DNA of 64,000 bases from Waterburya sp. (GCA_965217895.1 CBDCJV010000002.1:2976001-3040000), one strand, 5' to 3'. Positions 1 through 11,613 are shown, counted from the first letter of the stretch. The notes: generated from the letters alone by a model not told the origin. Numbers and translations: made by a program.

Positions 1-846
1 AAGGGGAAAATCGCAACGAAATTTCCTGCTAGGAGGATGTTGTAAAATAACTCCATCTGGCATACATCCTTTAAGAATACCGACAGAACTCATAAAGGCA
101 GGATGGGATACGGCACTTTGCCCTTCGACTAGAATAATATCGGGATTCTCTTGTTCAAAGGCTCGAACAACAGCGTGTTCTATTTCGCCAATCACAAATT
201 GAGACACCAGCGCATCGATGGATACGCCATATCTTGCTCCTTGCATCAAGCCAGTTTGACCTGTTGCCACCAGCACTGATTTAATTCCCAGATTGTTTAA
301 GGCTTTATTTAATTCCACTGCGGTAGTCATTTTACCGCAGGCGCAATCAGTACCTAAAACCGCAATTACAGGAACGGTGACTTTAGCAATTTGACCAGTA
401 AACACATGGAGATCTTTTAATTCGGGCGGTTTTCTAATATCTTGAATTTCGACTCCCCACCGATTAGCCGCTTCAATAAATTCAGTATCTTCAGAAAAGA
501 ACTGATGAAGACCATTAATGATATCCATTCCTTCGCTCATTGCTTCCAAGATTAAGGCTCTTTCAGCAATAGCTATGGTCGCTTCTAAAGTAGCTTTGCC
601 GTAAATGTAGCAGTCTGGAACATTTGCTAAGTTAGCTAAAGCTGAATCTAAGTTAGTAAAAATGGGAATATGGTTCTTTTTATTATCTAACTCTTCTCCT
701 GCATCTTTACCAGCTAAGGAACTATCAATTACTCCCACAATATTATAAGTTTCGGAGTGTCGGACTAACCCTGCTGCGGTTTTGCCATCCATTAAGCCAA
801 ATTGATTTTCACAGTAAACCAAAGCTGTTTTTTTATTAACTAACAT
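1..846 (-). CDS. DUF1611 domain-containing protein (P-loop), 3' end beyond window edge
   Basis: Manual translation from ATG 846: MLVNKKTALVYCENQFGLMDGKTAAGLVRHSE...VLGTDCACGKMTTAVEL...ATGQTG...VEGQSAVSHPAF; open to position 1. Not in the ORF track. Confidence 0.85.
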   Translation of the reverse strand, partial: MLVNKKTALVYCENQFGLMDGKTAAGLVRHSETYNIVGVIDSSLAGKDAGEELDNKKNHIPIFTNLDSALANLANVPDCYIYGKATLEATIAIAERALILEAMSEGMDIINGLHQFFSEDTEFIEAANRWGVEIQDIRKPPELKDLHVFTGQIAKVTVPVIAVLGTDCACGKMTTAVELNKALNNLGIKSVLVATGQTGLMQGARYGVSIDALVSQFVIGEIEHAVVRAFEQENPDIILVEGQSAVSHPAFMSSVGILKGCMPDGVILQHPPSRKFRCDFPL

Positions 847-1892
847 TAAGATTATTTTCCCTCTGAAATTTCTTGAGCATTCATATTTTATGTCTCCTGA
901 AATATGTATTTGAAAAGCAAGTTAAGTAATTTAATTAGAAAGCTGGCTATTTTTTGGTAACAGTAAATACAACCGCTTTATAGATGACAAAGTAGAATAT
1001 ATTAAATATCAAGGGCAAATGTATCTACTTATCATCAATCTAGTATGTATGGCTGCTTTCCTTTGACTGTTTACGTTTAAACCAATCGTTGAGAAGACAT
1101 ATCTAAATAAAATATGTATTGTTAAAATCCGATTTTTGTTGGTGTCTAGCTCGGTGAAGTCAGCAGAAAACTGTAGCTGAATCCATAATCTTTGTTAACC
1201 TTAGAGGCTAAAAATATTTCAATTACAGGCACTAATCACTTATTTTTAATTGGTAACTTCAGAAGCAATTTTGAAGCTACAAAACGAAACAAATTAGCTA
1301 GATAAAACCAAGAAAAAATAGATATTTATGGCAAGTGAATCGGCATCAAAGTTCTTCCTCGATTAATGGGTGTAGAGATCTATACTCGGAAGGAGGTTTG
1401 TGAATCTAAAAAATCAAGATTCCGAAAATATTTCTTAACACTTTAAATTGTAACGCGGAACTCTATTACAAATAAGATCGAGACATAACTCTTATTAATC
1501 GTCGATCTTATTTGATAACTTTTCAGGCGGGAGCGATCGCGCTGATAAGTAAGAACATCAACTTGAATTAGTCTTTAGCTTCTCAAATACCTTAATATTA
1601 TTGTTGTGTAGAACCACGAAGTTGAAAACTTTTTATTATTTACGATCTATCTATCTTCCTTCAAAATAGCTTTTAGCTTAAATTATATTAGAGTGAAATT
1701 GTGAGATTTAATGCAGCTACATTAAAGTAATAACTTATTGTCAATAGCATAAATATTTGACGTTGCTGAATCAAGACATAGAATATTTTTGTATTGTGAT
1801 CTTAATTACTATTAAATAATTTAAATAGTGTGTCCCATTAAAAATCAATATTTTAGAAAATGATTTGAATAAAAGACACACATTACAGCTTT

Positions 1893-3410
1893 TTAGCCCA
1901 GGCTATCTTTAAGATTATCGCTTACTCTTAAAGCATTTGCCACGATGGTTAAGGTAGGATTTACCGCACCCATGCTAGGAAAGAAGCTAGCATCAACAAC
2001 ATAAAGATTTTCGACATCATGAGTACGACAGTTAAGATCGAGAACGTTGGTTTTAGGGTCTGAACCAAATCTACAGGTACCTACCTGATGCCATACTGCG
2101 CTTAAAGGTACTTCGGTTATCATAAACATAAAAAATCCAACTTTACGTAGATATCCCTGCCACATATCAAGAAACTGCTGATGAGCTTTGGTATTATTGC
2201 GAGTAAAGTCCACCTTAATTTTTCCTGCTTCTGTAAGGGTGACACGATTATCAAGATCGGGTAAGTCTTCGCTAGTTAGCCACCAGTCTACGGCGTGGTC
2301 TGCAATATATTCTAAAGTTGCTTGAGGTACTGAGTCAGGAGAAAAAGTTGCTAATCGATTCCATTTCGATTTACCCGTCATTTGAATTTGTCCCAAAGGA
2401 TAGTCATGTTCGGGACTGCCAAAATAAAAGTCATTAAAACCAAGAGTTTTTTGGAATTTAGTTGGATTAGGCTTATCGGCGATCGCCATTATGGCAGAAT
2501 GGTTATGCAACATTAAGTTGCGTCCTACCATGCCCGAAGAGTTTGCTAAACCTTCAGGACATTGCTCATTAGCTGATTTTAGGAGTAAGGCAGCAGAGTT
2601 AATTGCCCCAGCAGAAAGCACAAAAGTATCGGCAGAATATTGTTCTTTATTGCCGTCAATTTCTACTTCTACAGTTTTTACCTGTCTGCCACTATCATCA
2701 GTAATTAATTTTGTAACCAGAGCATTGATTTTTAACTCTATATTTTCATATTCTGTAGCAGGATCGACACAGGCTATTTGAGCATCAAGTTTGGCATCAA
2801 TTTTGCAGGGATAAGGATCGCAGGTAGCACAGCGAATACAGTTGCTATTTTCAGGGTCTTCAACGTTGCGGTCTACTGCTAGGGTTAAATGATGGGGATG
2901 CAAACCCAATTTTTGTAAATCATTTGCTACCTCCTCCATACGTGGTTCGTGAGGTAGAGGGGGGAAAGGATATTCGGCGGACATAGGCGGTTCGGTGGGA
3001 TCTTCCCCTTTTTGCCCGTGTATTTTAAATATACTTTCGGCACGGGTATAATAAGTCTCTAGATCTTGATAGCTTAATTCCCAAGCAGGAGATATACCAC
3101 CTTTATGTTTTACTTCGCCAAAGTCGGCTTCACGCATTCTCTGTAAAGCTGCGCCATAAACTTTAGTATTACCGCCAACATTATAAAAAGCTTGGGGTAC
3201 AAAACTATTGTTGTCCTTGTCAAACCATTTTTCTGTTACCTGATATTTTTTATCCTGAAAAATTGCCTCAGGATTCCAATTGTCATCTTCTTTTGGTAAA
3301 TATCCTCCTCTTTCAATAATTAAAATGCGTTTTCCCGTAGGCGCAAGAGAATAAGCTACTGTTCCGCCACCGGCACCCGCACCGATAATAATAATGTCGT
3401 AATGATTCAT
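1893..3410 (-). CDS. GMC family oxidoreductase
   Basis: N-terminal GAGAGG FAD motif, VGGNTKVYGA, C-terminal HQVGTCRFG...VVDASFFPSMGAVNPTLT. Confidence 0.9.
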   Translation of the reverse strand: MNHYDIIIIGAGAGGGTVAYSLAPTGKRILIIERGGYLPKEDDNWNPEAIFQDKKYQVTEKWFDKDNNSFVPQAFYNVGGNTKVYGAALQRMREADFGEVKHKGGISPAWELSYQDLETYYTRAESIFKIHGQKGEDPTEPPMSAEYPFPPLPHEPRMEEVANDLQKLGLHPHHLTLAVDRNVEDPENSNCIRCATCDPYPCKIDAKLDAQIACVDPATEYENIELKINALVTKLITDDSGRQVKTVEVEIDGNKEQYSADTFVLSAGAINSAALLLKSANEQCPEGLANSSGMVGRNLMLHNHSAIMAIADKPNPTKFQKTLGFNDFYFGSPEHDYPLGQIQMTGKSKWNRLATFSPDSVPQATLEYIADHAVDWWLTSEDLPDLDNRVTLTEAGKIKVDFTRNNTKAHQQFLDMWQGYLRKVGFFMFMITEVPLSAVWHQVGTCRFGSDPKTNVLDLNCRTHDVENLYVVDASFFPSMGAVNPTLTIVANALRVSDNLKDSLG

Positions 3411-3466
3411 GTTTTTAGTTGATTAATTTTTAACTGTATTGATGTTTTTTTAATGTATATCAGATA

Positions 3467-3524
3467 AGTTAGTAGTTCGTAGTTCGTCGTATGTAGTCTT
3501 TTTAAACTATCAACTACTAAACTA
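3467..3524. repeat. Inverted pair of degenerate heptamer tandem arrays (AGTTCGT-type / ACTACTA-type)
   Basis: agttagt agttcgt agttcgt cgtatgt ... actatca actacta aacta. Confidence 0.55.
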
Positions 3525-3668
3525 GTAATTACCTTTTGTACAAGCTTAGAATAGCAGTGAGACTCTCCTCTAAAAGGTTTGGCAGTTCCTATATTGGCTG
3601 TCTAACATCTCAGTTCGCCTATTGCCTCTTGTTAAAGTAGTCTCTGGTGATTTGTGCAACAAGTCTAA

Positions 3669-5267
3669 TTAAATCAGATCGATCCAGTTAATTTCAGTAT
3701 TTTTTATTTCATTTGCGTCTGGCATTTTTTGCTGACGCATCAGTTCGGAAATAGCTGCAATATCCTTATCTCTATTTACTCCTGCAACTGCCATTACCTT
3801 GTTGTTTTGCAAATAGAATGCCAGAAATTCGGACTCTTCCAAATTCTCACCAACTTTTCCATCAATTTTGATTTCATCCCATGATTCAGCGTGTCCCACA
3901 TAGCGTAGTTTTAAGTCATATTGACCAGACCAAAAGAAAGGAACAATATCATCAGCTTTTGCTAACTTACTTTTTTCTAGCATATTGATTGCTGCAATCT
4001 TGCCGTGCTGTGCTGCTAGTCGCCAGTGTTCGATGCGGGTTGATTCTCCCATAGGTTGATAGGGAAAAGAAGCAATATCTCCTGCTGCGTAGATGTCTTT
4101 TATTTCAGTTTGCAGATATTCATTGACAGGAATACTCTGATCTTTCTCGTTAAGCTCAATTCCCTCTAAGTAACCAGTGTTGGGTTGAACACCAATACCA
4201 ACAATAACTAGGTCAGTAGCTATTTTTTCGCCGTTTTCTAAAACAGCATATTCAACTTTGCCATCGCCACCAAATTCTGTTGCTTTAGTTCCAAATTTAA
4301 AGGTTACGCCGTTTTGCTCATGAAGCTTCTGGAACATCTTACCTAATCGATCGCCTAATATCTTTTTAAAAGGGACATCACTAGGAGAAACTACAACAAC
4401 CTCTAACCCTTGCTGATTTAAACTAGCTGCTGCTTCCATACCAATAAAGCTCGAACCGATTATCAAAGCTTTCTTCGCTTTTTTAACTTCCGTCAGAATC
4501 GAGTTGACATCTTCTGTATTCCTTAAGGTAAAAATATTAGCTAGATTTGACCCTGGCAGATCCATTTTCTTGGCTTGTCCTCCTGTAGCAAGCAGTAAAG
4601 AATCATACTCAAGGCTTGAATTGTCTGCAAAAGTAATTAATTTATTTATAGAATCTACCTTAGTGACTGCCTCACCAAAGCGCAAATCTATATTATGTTG
4701 GTCGTAAAACTCACAGCTACGTAAAGGCAAAGAATCTTCTTCAGCCTTACCTTGAAGATAGTTTTTACTTAACTTAGTACGGTCATAGGGTAGCTTTTGT
4801 TCGGCACTGACTAAAACAACTTTTCCCTGAAAACCTTCCTGGCGTAAAGTTTCTACGGCAATGGTTCCTGCTGACCCTGCCCCCAAAATCACAAAGGTAC
4901 GCTGGTCAACTTTCGGTTCATACCTTGCCATAGCTAGAGTTCGCTGCTGAGGTACAGACTCTGGCAGCCTTACTAATATCTGCTCTCCCTCTACTCTGAC
5001 AGGAAAATTTGTGAGAGAATCTAAGGCTGGAGGTTCTTCCTGTTGTCCTGCGATCGCATTAAAACAGGCATTATGCCAAGGGCAAACAATTCTTTCCTTA
5101 CATAAAATTCCTTTGGCTAAAGGTGCGCCATAGTGGGTGCAAAATGCTCCTGTAGCGTAAAATTGACCGTCAATCTTAGATAATAATATTTGGTCGTCAC
5201 CTACAGCTATTTGCTGCATTTGACCGTCTTCTAGTTCACCGACTTGGGCTACAGCTATTTCCTTCAT
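3669..5267 (-). CDS. Rieske [2Fe-2S] plus FAD/NAD-dependent ferredoxin reductase fusion (AIF-like oxidoreductase)
   Basis: CTHYG...CPWH Rieske motif, GAGSAG and GSSFIG dinucleotide motifs, RIEHW, VPFFWS. Likely start MKEIAV at 5267; the ORF extends to 5330. Confidence 0.88.
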   Translation of the reverse strand: MKEIAVAQVGELEDGQMQQIAVGDDQILLSKIDGQFYATGAFCTHYGAPLAKGILCKERIVCPWHNACFNAIAGQQEEPPALDSLTNFPVRVEGEQILVRLPESVPQQRTLAMARYEPKVDQRTFVILGAGSAGTIAVETLRQEGFQGKVVLVSAEQKLPYDRTKLSKNYLQGKAEEDSLPLRSCEFYDQHNIDLRFGEAVTKVDSINKLITFADNSSLEYDSLLLATGGQAKKMDLPGSNLANIFTLRNTEDVNSILTEVKKAKKALIIGSSFIGMEAAASLNQQGLEVVVVSPSDVPFKKILGDRLGKMFQKLHEQNGVTFKFGTKATEFGGDGKVEYAVLENGEKIATDLVIVGIGVQPNTGYLEGIELNEKDQSIPVNEYLQTEIKDIYAAGDIASFPYQPMGESTRIEHWRLAAQHGKIAAINMLEKSKLAKADDIVPFFWSGQYDLKLRYVGHAESWDEIKIDGKVGENLEESEFLAFYLQNNKVMAVAGVNRDKDIAAISELMRQQKMPDANEIKNTEINWIDLI

Positions 5268-5739
5268 ATACTGTGAGGCTAAATTTGGACAAAAGTGATC
5301 GGTTAATAAATTTGTTAAGCCAGGACGCATAAAACATTTAATAGCGATCGCATCTTTGACTTAATATTTATTAACATTTATTTTCCAATAAATTAAATCT
5401 TGTTTGTATCTGACAATAGTATTAGATCGATTTCAAAATTTATGCTTATATCAGCATTTGATGCTTCGGTAATTAAAATGCTGTCTGTAATCATCTATCA
5501 AAAGTTGTATAAATTTTTAACTGCGCTTATTTTTTTATCGCTCATCGAGATAATGGATATACTGCGGTAGTTAAAAATAAAGTTCTACACTCATAAATAA
5601 GCACACATAAAATAAACTTCATTTCTATCTTTATGCCTCAACTTCTTTTCTGCGCCTCTGTGATTCTGTGCGAGACTCAATAAATCATAAAAAATGCAAA
5701 AATAAATAAATACGGTAAATTGCATCTATCTAAACTACT

Positions 5740-8433
5740 ATGGTCGATCTCCCACACCTAAGCGGTAGCGATATCCGCGACAAGTTTTTAAAATTCTACG
5801 AGTCCAGACAGCATAAGATATTGCCCAGCGCATCTTTAATTCCCGAAGATCCGACGGTGATGCTGACTATTGCGGGAATGCTGCCTTTTAAACCAATATT
5901 TTTGGGACAGCGCAAAGCACCTCAAGCCCGCGCTACTACATCCCAAAAGTGTATTCGCACCAATGATATTGAGAATGTAGGACGTACCGCCAGACATCAT
6001 ACTTTCTTTGAGATGCTGGGTAACTTTAGCTTTGGCGATTATTTCAAAGAACAGGCGATCGCTTGGGCATGGGAACTATCAACTCAAGTATATCAATTAC
6101 CAGCAGAGAGAATTATTCCTAGTGTTTATCACGATGATGACGAGGCTTTTGCTATTTGGCGCGACAACATAGGTATTCCCGAACACCGTATTCAGCGTCT
6201 GGGAAAAGATAACTTCTGGGAATCTGGTATTACTGGCCCTTGTGGTCCTAGTTCGGAGTTATTCTACGATTTTCATCCAGAATTAGGCGATGAGAATATC
6301 GATTTAGAAGATGACAGCAGATTTATCGAGTTTTATAACTTGGTATTTATGCAATATAACCGTGATGCAGAAGGAAATCTGACACCTTTAGCCAACAAAA
6401 ATATTGATACGGGTTTGGGTTTGGAAAGGATGGCGCAAATCCTCCAGCAAGTACCAAATAATTATGAAACTGATTTAATTCTGCCAATTATCGAGACTGC
6501 TGCTGAAATTGCAGGAGTAGATTATGCCCAAGCCGACGATCAAACTAAAACTTCCCTCAAAGTAATTGGCGATCACGTTCGGGCAGTAGTTCACATGATT
6601 GCAGACGGGGTGACTGCTTCTAATGTCGGCAGAGGTTATATTCTACGTCGTCTAATCCGTCGAGTGATTCGTCACGGCAGATTGATAGGCATTGAAGGGA
6701 ATTTTATTAACCAAGTTGTCGAAAGTGCGATCGCCTTATCCGAATCAGCTTATCCTAACGTTAGAGAAAGGGAAGAGTTTATCAAAAGTCAGCTACAAAG
6801 AGAAGAATCGCAATTTCTCAAGACATTAGAGAGAGGAGAAAAAATACTAGCAGATATTATTGCTGAGGCAGCTAATCTATCGGTAAGTCAGATATCGGGC
6901 AAAGATGCTTTTGAACTCTATGACACCTACGGTTTTCCTTTAGAATTAACTCAAGAAATCGCCGAAGAACAGGGAATGACTGTCGATCTTGAAGGTTTTG
7001 AACAGGAAATGGAGTCACAAAAAACCCGTTCTAAAGATTCTCATGAGGCGATCGACTTAATGACTCAAAACGCTCTAGGTGAAATAGTCAAAGACAGTAA
7101 TGAAACTAGCTTTTTAGGTTATTCTCAGCTTGCAGTACAATCTCAGATTATGGGAATTGTGGTTAACAACAATGATGATGATAGGGGCAGTTCGCGAACT
7201 GCCCTTACGCAAAACGCCCTTACTGCCACTGCGGGTGATACGGTGCAAATAATTCTCGATCAAACCCCATTTTATGGTGAGTCTGGAGGGCAAATTGGCG
7301 ATCGCGGTTATCTATCTGTTGGGGCGAACGGCCGTTCGCCCTTACTAATCCGCATTGAAGACGTACAAAAGGACGGCAATGTCTTCATCCACAAAGGAAA
7401 AGTCGAGCGAGGTACGGTAAATTTAGGAGATGTGGTTAACTCAACTATAGACCGCGCCTGTCGTCGTCGAGTTCAGGCGAATCATACCGCAACTCATTTA
7501 TTACAGGCTGCCCTTAAGAAAATAGTTGATGATTCAGTATCTCAAGCTGGTTCATTAGTTAGCTTTGATCGCTTGCGCTTTGATTTTAATTCTCCTCGTC
7601 CTCTAACCCCAGAAGACGTGCAGCAAGTAGAAGATTTGGTCAACACCTGGATTTCTGAGGCGCACGAAGCCGATGTAAACGTGATGCCCGTCGAAGATGC
7701 TAAAGCTAAAGGGGCAACGGCTATGTTTGGCGAAAAGTATGGCGATGAAGTCAGAGTTATTGACTTTCCTGGAGTCTCGATGGAACTTTGTGGCGGTACT
7801 CATGTAACCAATACCGCAGAAATTGGCGTATTTAAAATCATCTCCGAAACTGGTATTGCTTCTGGAGTCAGAAGAATTGAAGCAGTAGCGGGGGCTGCTA
7901 TTCTAGATTATCTAAACGTGCGGGATAAAGTAGTTAAAGAATTGAGCGACAAGTTTAAAGTTAAGCCAGAAGAAATTGGCGATCGCGTCTTGAGTTTGCA
8001 AACCGAACTTAAAACTACTCAAAAGGAACTAGAAGCAGCAAAACAAGAACTGGCACTGGCTAAATCCGATAGCTTATTGTCTCAGGCGGAAACAATAGGT
8101 AAATATAAAGTTTTAGTAGCAAATATGGGGGAAATGGATGCCAAATCCTTGCAGTCTGCTGCTGAAAGATTACAGCAAAAATTAGGCGAATCAGCCGTAG
8201 TTGTTGCTTCTATTCCCTCAGAAGATAAAGTTAGTCTGGTAGCTGCCTTTAGTCAGCAGGTTATTCAAGCCAAACAACTACAGGCTGGTAAATTCATCGG
8301 CGAGATTGCCAAAATTTGCGGTGGCGGAGGCGGAGGCAGACCAAATGTGGCACAGGCAGGGGGCAGAGATGCTAGTAAAATAGATGAGGCTTTGGATACC
8401 GCTAGACAACAGTTAGTTGCGGAGTTGAGTTAG
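5740..8433 (+). CDS. alaS: Alanine--tRNA ligase
   Basis: [41 protein letters not shown] motifs. Confidence 0.98.
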   Translation: MVDLPHLSGSDIRDKFLKFYESRQHKILPSASLIPEDPTVMLTIAGMLPFKPIFLGQRKAPQARATTSQKCIRTNDIENVGRTARHHTFFEMLGNFSFGDYFKEQAIAWAWELSTQVYQLPAERIIPSVYHDDDEAFAIWRDNIGIPEHRIQRLGKDNFWESGITGPCGPSSELFYDFHPELGDENIDLEDDSRFIEFYNLVFMQYNRDAEGNLTPLANKNIDTGLGLERMAQILQQVPNNYETDLILPIIETAAEIAGVDYAQADDQTKTSLKVIGDHVRAVVHMIADGVTASNVGRGYILRRLIRRVIRHGRLIGIEGNFINQVVESAIALSESAYPNVREREEFIKSQLQREESQFLKTLERGEKILADIIAEAANLSVSQISGKDAFELYDTYGFPLELTQEIAEEQGMTVDLEGFEQEMESQKTRSKDSHEAIDLMTQNALGEIVKDSNETSFLGYSQLAVQSQIMGIVVNNNDDDRGSSRTALTQNALTATAGDTVQIILDQTPFYGESGGQIGDRGYLSVGANGRSPLLIRIEDVQKDGNVFIHKGKVERGTVNLGDVVNSTIDRACRRRVQANHTATHLLQAALKKIVDDSVSQAGSLVSFDRLRFDFNSPRPLTPEDVQQVEDLVNTWISEAHEADVNVMPVEDAKAKGATAMFGEKYGDEVRVIDFPGVSMELCGGTHVTNTAEIGVFKIISETGIASGVRRIEAVAGAAILDYLNVRDKVVKELSDKFKVKPEEIGDRVLSLQTELKTTQKELEAAKQELALAKSDSLLSQAETIGKYKVLVANMGEMDAKSLQSAAERLQQKLGESAVVVASIPSEDKVSLVAAFSQQVIQAKQLQAGKFIGEIAKICGGGGGGRPNVAQAGGRDASKIDEALDTARQQLVAELS
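7181..7208. repeat. Small palindromic repeat (REP/SDR-like), in frame within alaS
   Basis: ataggggcagttcgcgaactgcccttac, followed by a half copy cgcccttac. Confidence 0.75.
7318..7345. repeat. Small palindromic repeat (REP/SDR-like), in frame within alaS
   Basis: gttggggcgaacggccgttcgcccttac; same family as intergenic copies at 25623-25650 and 45759-45783. Confidence 0.75.
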
Positions 8434-8439
8434 ATCTAA

Positions 8440-8522
8440 TACTAAAATCCGATTGACAAAAGTAGTTATCAACTTTCTGACTTCTGGAATAAATAACTCA
8501 TCTATACGAACAGGATTTAGTA
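8440..8522. mobile_element. MITE with the same ends as the adjacent IS630
   Basis: tactaaaatccgatt ... caggatttagta; TA at both ends; contains TTCTGAC heptamers. Confidence 0.7.
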
Positions 8523-8527
8523 TGATG

Positions 8528-8578
8528 GCTGGGTTGAATGCCTCTGCAATTGCTCTTCTTGCCTTCGTTCAACCCAAC
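8528..8578. repeat. REP-like inverted repeat
   Basis: gctgggttgaatg ... cgttcaacccaac. Confidence 0.55.
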
Positions 8579-8654
8579 TCAGATTATATAGTTACAGTCA
8601 TTCCAATTAATTTCCTCATGAATTAACTGGTTTTAAGCCAGAGGTTAGAGGTCA

Positions 8655-9815
8655 TACTAAATCCGATTACCAAAGTGTGTATAAAATAGTGAGGAATAAC
8701 TTAAAAATGTTAAATGCCAAAAACAGCTTATTTAGCAAAACATTTTAGTTCTTCTGAACTAAAAGAAAAGTATCTGAAGAGTCAAAACTCAGTGGAAGTG
8801 AGAAGATGGCATCTGAATCGCGAAAATATCTTTGGGATGGACGATTAAAAATAGTGCGCTCGCTGTGGGATGTTCTTATTCTTATGCTCAAAAGATTCTC
8901 GGTCGGTACAACCTCTATGGAGAGGAAGGGGTCAAAAATTGCCAAAATAAAACCAGCAATCATGTTAGAGGAAAAAAAAGGTTACTATCACAACCACAAT
9001 TAGAAAAACTAACAAAAGCGATCGCCAAAGAGTTACCAGACGGAGGAATCTGGACAGGAACTAAGGTAGCTCGCTGGATTGAAAAAGAAACGGGCAGAGA
9101 AAAAGTCGGGAATCAGAGAGGATGGGACTACTTAAAAAAGTGCGGTTACTCTTGGCAAAGTCCAAGACCAACACATAAAAAAGCCAATAAATTAGAGCAA
9201 GAGATGTTCAAAAGTAACTTGCCATTGAAACTTAAGCAACTTGAACAAGAAAATCCAGATGTGGAGGTAGAACTGTGGTTTTTCGACGAGCATAGAGTAG
9301 GATTAAAACCAATACTAAAAAAGGTTTGGTCAAAAGTTGGTCATCGACCAGAAGCAATAGTACAACATCGATACGAATGGTTGTATGTTTATGGGTTCGT
9401 TAAGCCAAAAACTGGAGAAACTTTATGGTATCTAATTCCCAGAGTTAATACAAATTGGCTGAATCTGGTTTATCAACAGTTTGCTATTGATGCTGGAATT
9501 AATAATCAAAAAAAATTCTTTTGATAGAAGATAATGCAGGATGGCATCACAGCAAAAAAGCGATTATTCCAGAGGGAATAAAGATTGATTTTTTACCTCC
9601 TTATTCTCCAGAGTTACAGCCAGCCGAAAGGTTATGGCAGTTAGTAGATGAACCTCTGGTAAATCAATATTTTGAAACTATCAATGAGATAGAGGACATT
9701 TTAGTTGAGCGTTGTTGTGTAGTCAGTGAAATGAAAGATGAAGTTCGTAAATTGACTAACTATCATTGGCTAAAAAACGCTTGTTGTTTACATACTTTAT
9801 AAATCGGATTTAGTA
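8655..9815 (+). mobile_element. IS630-family insertion sequence (~1.16 kb)
   Basis: Terminal inverted repeats tactaaatccgatt / aatcggatttagta with TA at both ends, enclosing an HTH plus DDE transposase. Confidence 0.9.
8714..9802 (+). pseudogene. IS630 transposase split by two frameshifts
   Basis: ATG 8714 MPKTAYLAKHFSSSELKEKY...RRWHL; shift near 8817; WFFDEHRVG; shift at the A8 run ~9508-9515; then IEDNAGWH...LPPYSPELQPAERLW. Confidence 0.85.
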
Positions 9816-9871
9816 TTAATCATTCATAACAAACATTTGACCACTTTACATAAAATGGGAACTAGCAACAA

Positions 9872-11287
9872 TCAGGCAAATTCTTGAGGACGCAGTTGAC
9901 TCCAAGGTTGAGCCTGTTCTAGCCCAGATGCTAAAGCAACAATTGTTGCTTCTGAGGTAGGTTTGCCAATTAGCTGCACACCTAAAGGTAAGCCATTGCT
10001 ATCAAAACCCGCAGGTATATTAACTACAGGCTGACCTGTGACGTTAAAAGCTGGGTTGGGAAAAATCCAGTTAATAATCTTTTCTAATGTATCTTCGGGA
10101 CTTAGATCTGCCCACTCGCCGACTTTAATTGTCGGGTGCATATAAGTAGGAGCGACTAAGACATCAATCTGAGCAAACAGACTGACTAACTGTCTGGCAA
10201 ATAGCTGCATTTGCGTCACCGCCTGTAAATATTCTCCTGCCGTACCAGACTGAGTAAGCACCCATTGGTTCATCGGGCTTAATGCCTCTGGAGGGATTCC
10301 TGAAGCAGCTACAGCCGTAGCCCAAACAGTTTTAAATGGTTCGATTAAAGCAGAAAAGTCGATCGCCTGAGGAATAGCTGTATGTCCCATTGTAGTCAAC
10401 TGCCCAACTACTGTAGCTAAGCTTTTCTGACATTCTGGGGCTGGTTCACCTATGGGTAAAAATGAAGTAGCAAAACCAATCTTTAACGGTGGTAATGTTT
10501 GTTTAGTCGCCGCTAGAAAGGGAATCTTTGGCTTGGCTAGCCAATAGGGATCTCCTACCATATATCCAGAAGCAATGTCCAAAAACGCAGCAGCATCAGC
10601 AACGGTGCGGGTTAAGATCCCGTGAGTTCCTAGCCCACTCAAGCGATCGCCCACGGGCGCGAAAGAGATTCTACCACGACTGGGTTTAATACCTACTAGC
10701 CTACAAGAAGCAGCAGGGCCTCTGATCGAACCTCCTGCATCTCCTCCGAGGGCAATAGAACATAATCCCGCAGCCACCGCAGCAGCCGAGCCACCACTAG
10801 AACCACCAGGAGTATAGTCGAGATTCCAAGGGTTACGAGTTGCTTTAAAGCCTTCTGGCTCGGTATAGGGAAAAGAGCCTAACTGAGACGTAGCGGTTTT
10901 GCCTAAAATAATAAATCCTGCTTCTTTAATTTTAGCTACTACACCTTCGTCATATTTGGCTATTTGATCTGATAAAGCAGCAATACCATAGGTAATAGGC
11001 ATATTGGCTACAAATTTAAGATCTTTAATGCCAATGGGAACACCAAAGAAAGGAGGAAGATAATTAGTATCTAAAGTTTGAGCTATTTGTTCGGTTTTCT
11101 GTTGGGCATCAGCGATCGCACTTTCTTTTGCCACATAATAAAAGCAGCCAAGAGCAGGATTATACTTGGCTATTCTGGCTAAATATAGCTCCGTTAATTC
11201 TAAAGGCGTAACCTGACGCTCTTTGATTAAGCGAGCCTGTTCTAGAGTAGAAGTAAAAGCTAAATCCGTGGGGTTGTTTAAAGACAT
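9872..11287 (-). CDS. Amidase (amidase-signature family)
   Basis: GVPIGIKDL, TPGGSSGGSAAAVAAG, DAGGSIRGPA. Confidence 0.92.
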   Translation of the reverse strand: MSLNNPTDLAFTSTLEQARLIKERQVTPLELTELYLARIAKYNPALGCFYYVAKESAIADAQQKTEQIAQTLDTNYLPPFFGVPIGIKDLKFVANMPITYGIAALSDQIAKYDEGVVAKIKEAGFIILGKTATSQLGSFPYTEPEGFKATRNPWNLDYTPGGSSGGSAAAVAAGLCSIALGGDAGGSIRGPAASCRLVGIKPSRGRISFAPVGDRLSGLGTHGILTRTVADAAAFLDIASGYMVGDPYWLAKPKIPFLAATKQTLPPLKIGFATSFLPIGEPAPECQKSLATVVGQLTTMGHTAIPQAIDFSALIEPFKTVWATAVAASGIPPEALSPMNQWVLTQSGTAGEYLQAVTQMQLFARQLVSLFAQIDVLVAPTYMHPTIKVGEWADLSPEDTLEKIINWIFPNPAFNVTGQPVVNIPAGFDSNGLPLGVQLIGKPTSEATIVALASGLEQAQPWSQLRPQEFA

Positions 11288-11613
11288 ATTTATTGAGAAT
11301 TAACAATAAGTTAAGTGCTATTAACTTTTTACTGATTAGTTCTACCCTATTAAACAGCAAATACAATTAAGGTGTCACCGCAACCAAAAATCACAAAGGA
11401 CTTGTCCGCATGTAGTCAGAAGTCAAAGGTTCTAAAGCGACTTAATTATAGTAATTTTTTTTAAATTAAATTTCTTTATAGAGTGATGACAAATTAACGA
11501 CACTAGAGAAAGTTTACAGAATACTCTCAGAAATTTTAACTTAAAAGGTGGAGTAGTTTTTTATGATAAATAGATCGAGAAAAAATTGGATTTCAGTATT
11601 GGGGATGAAGCTA

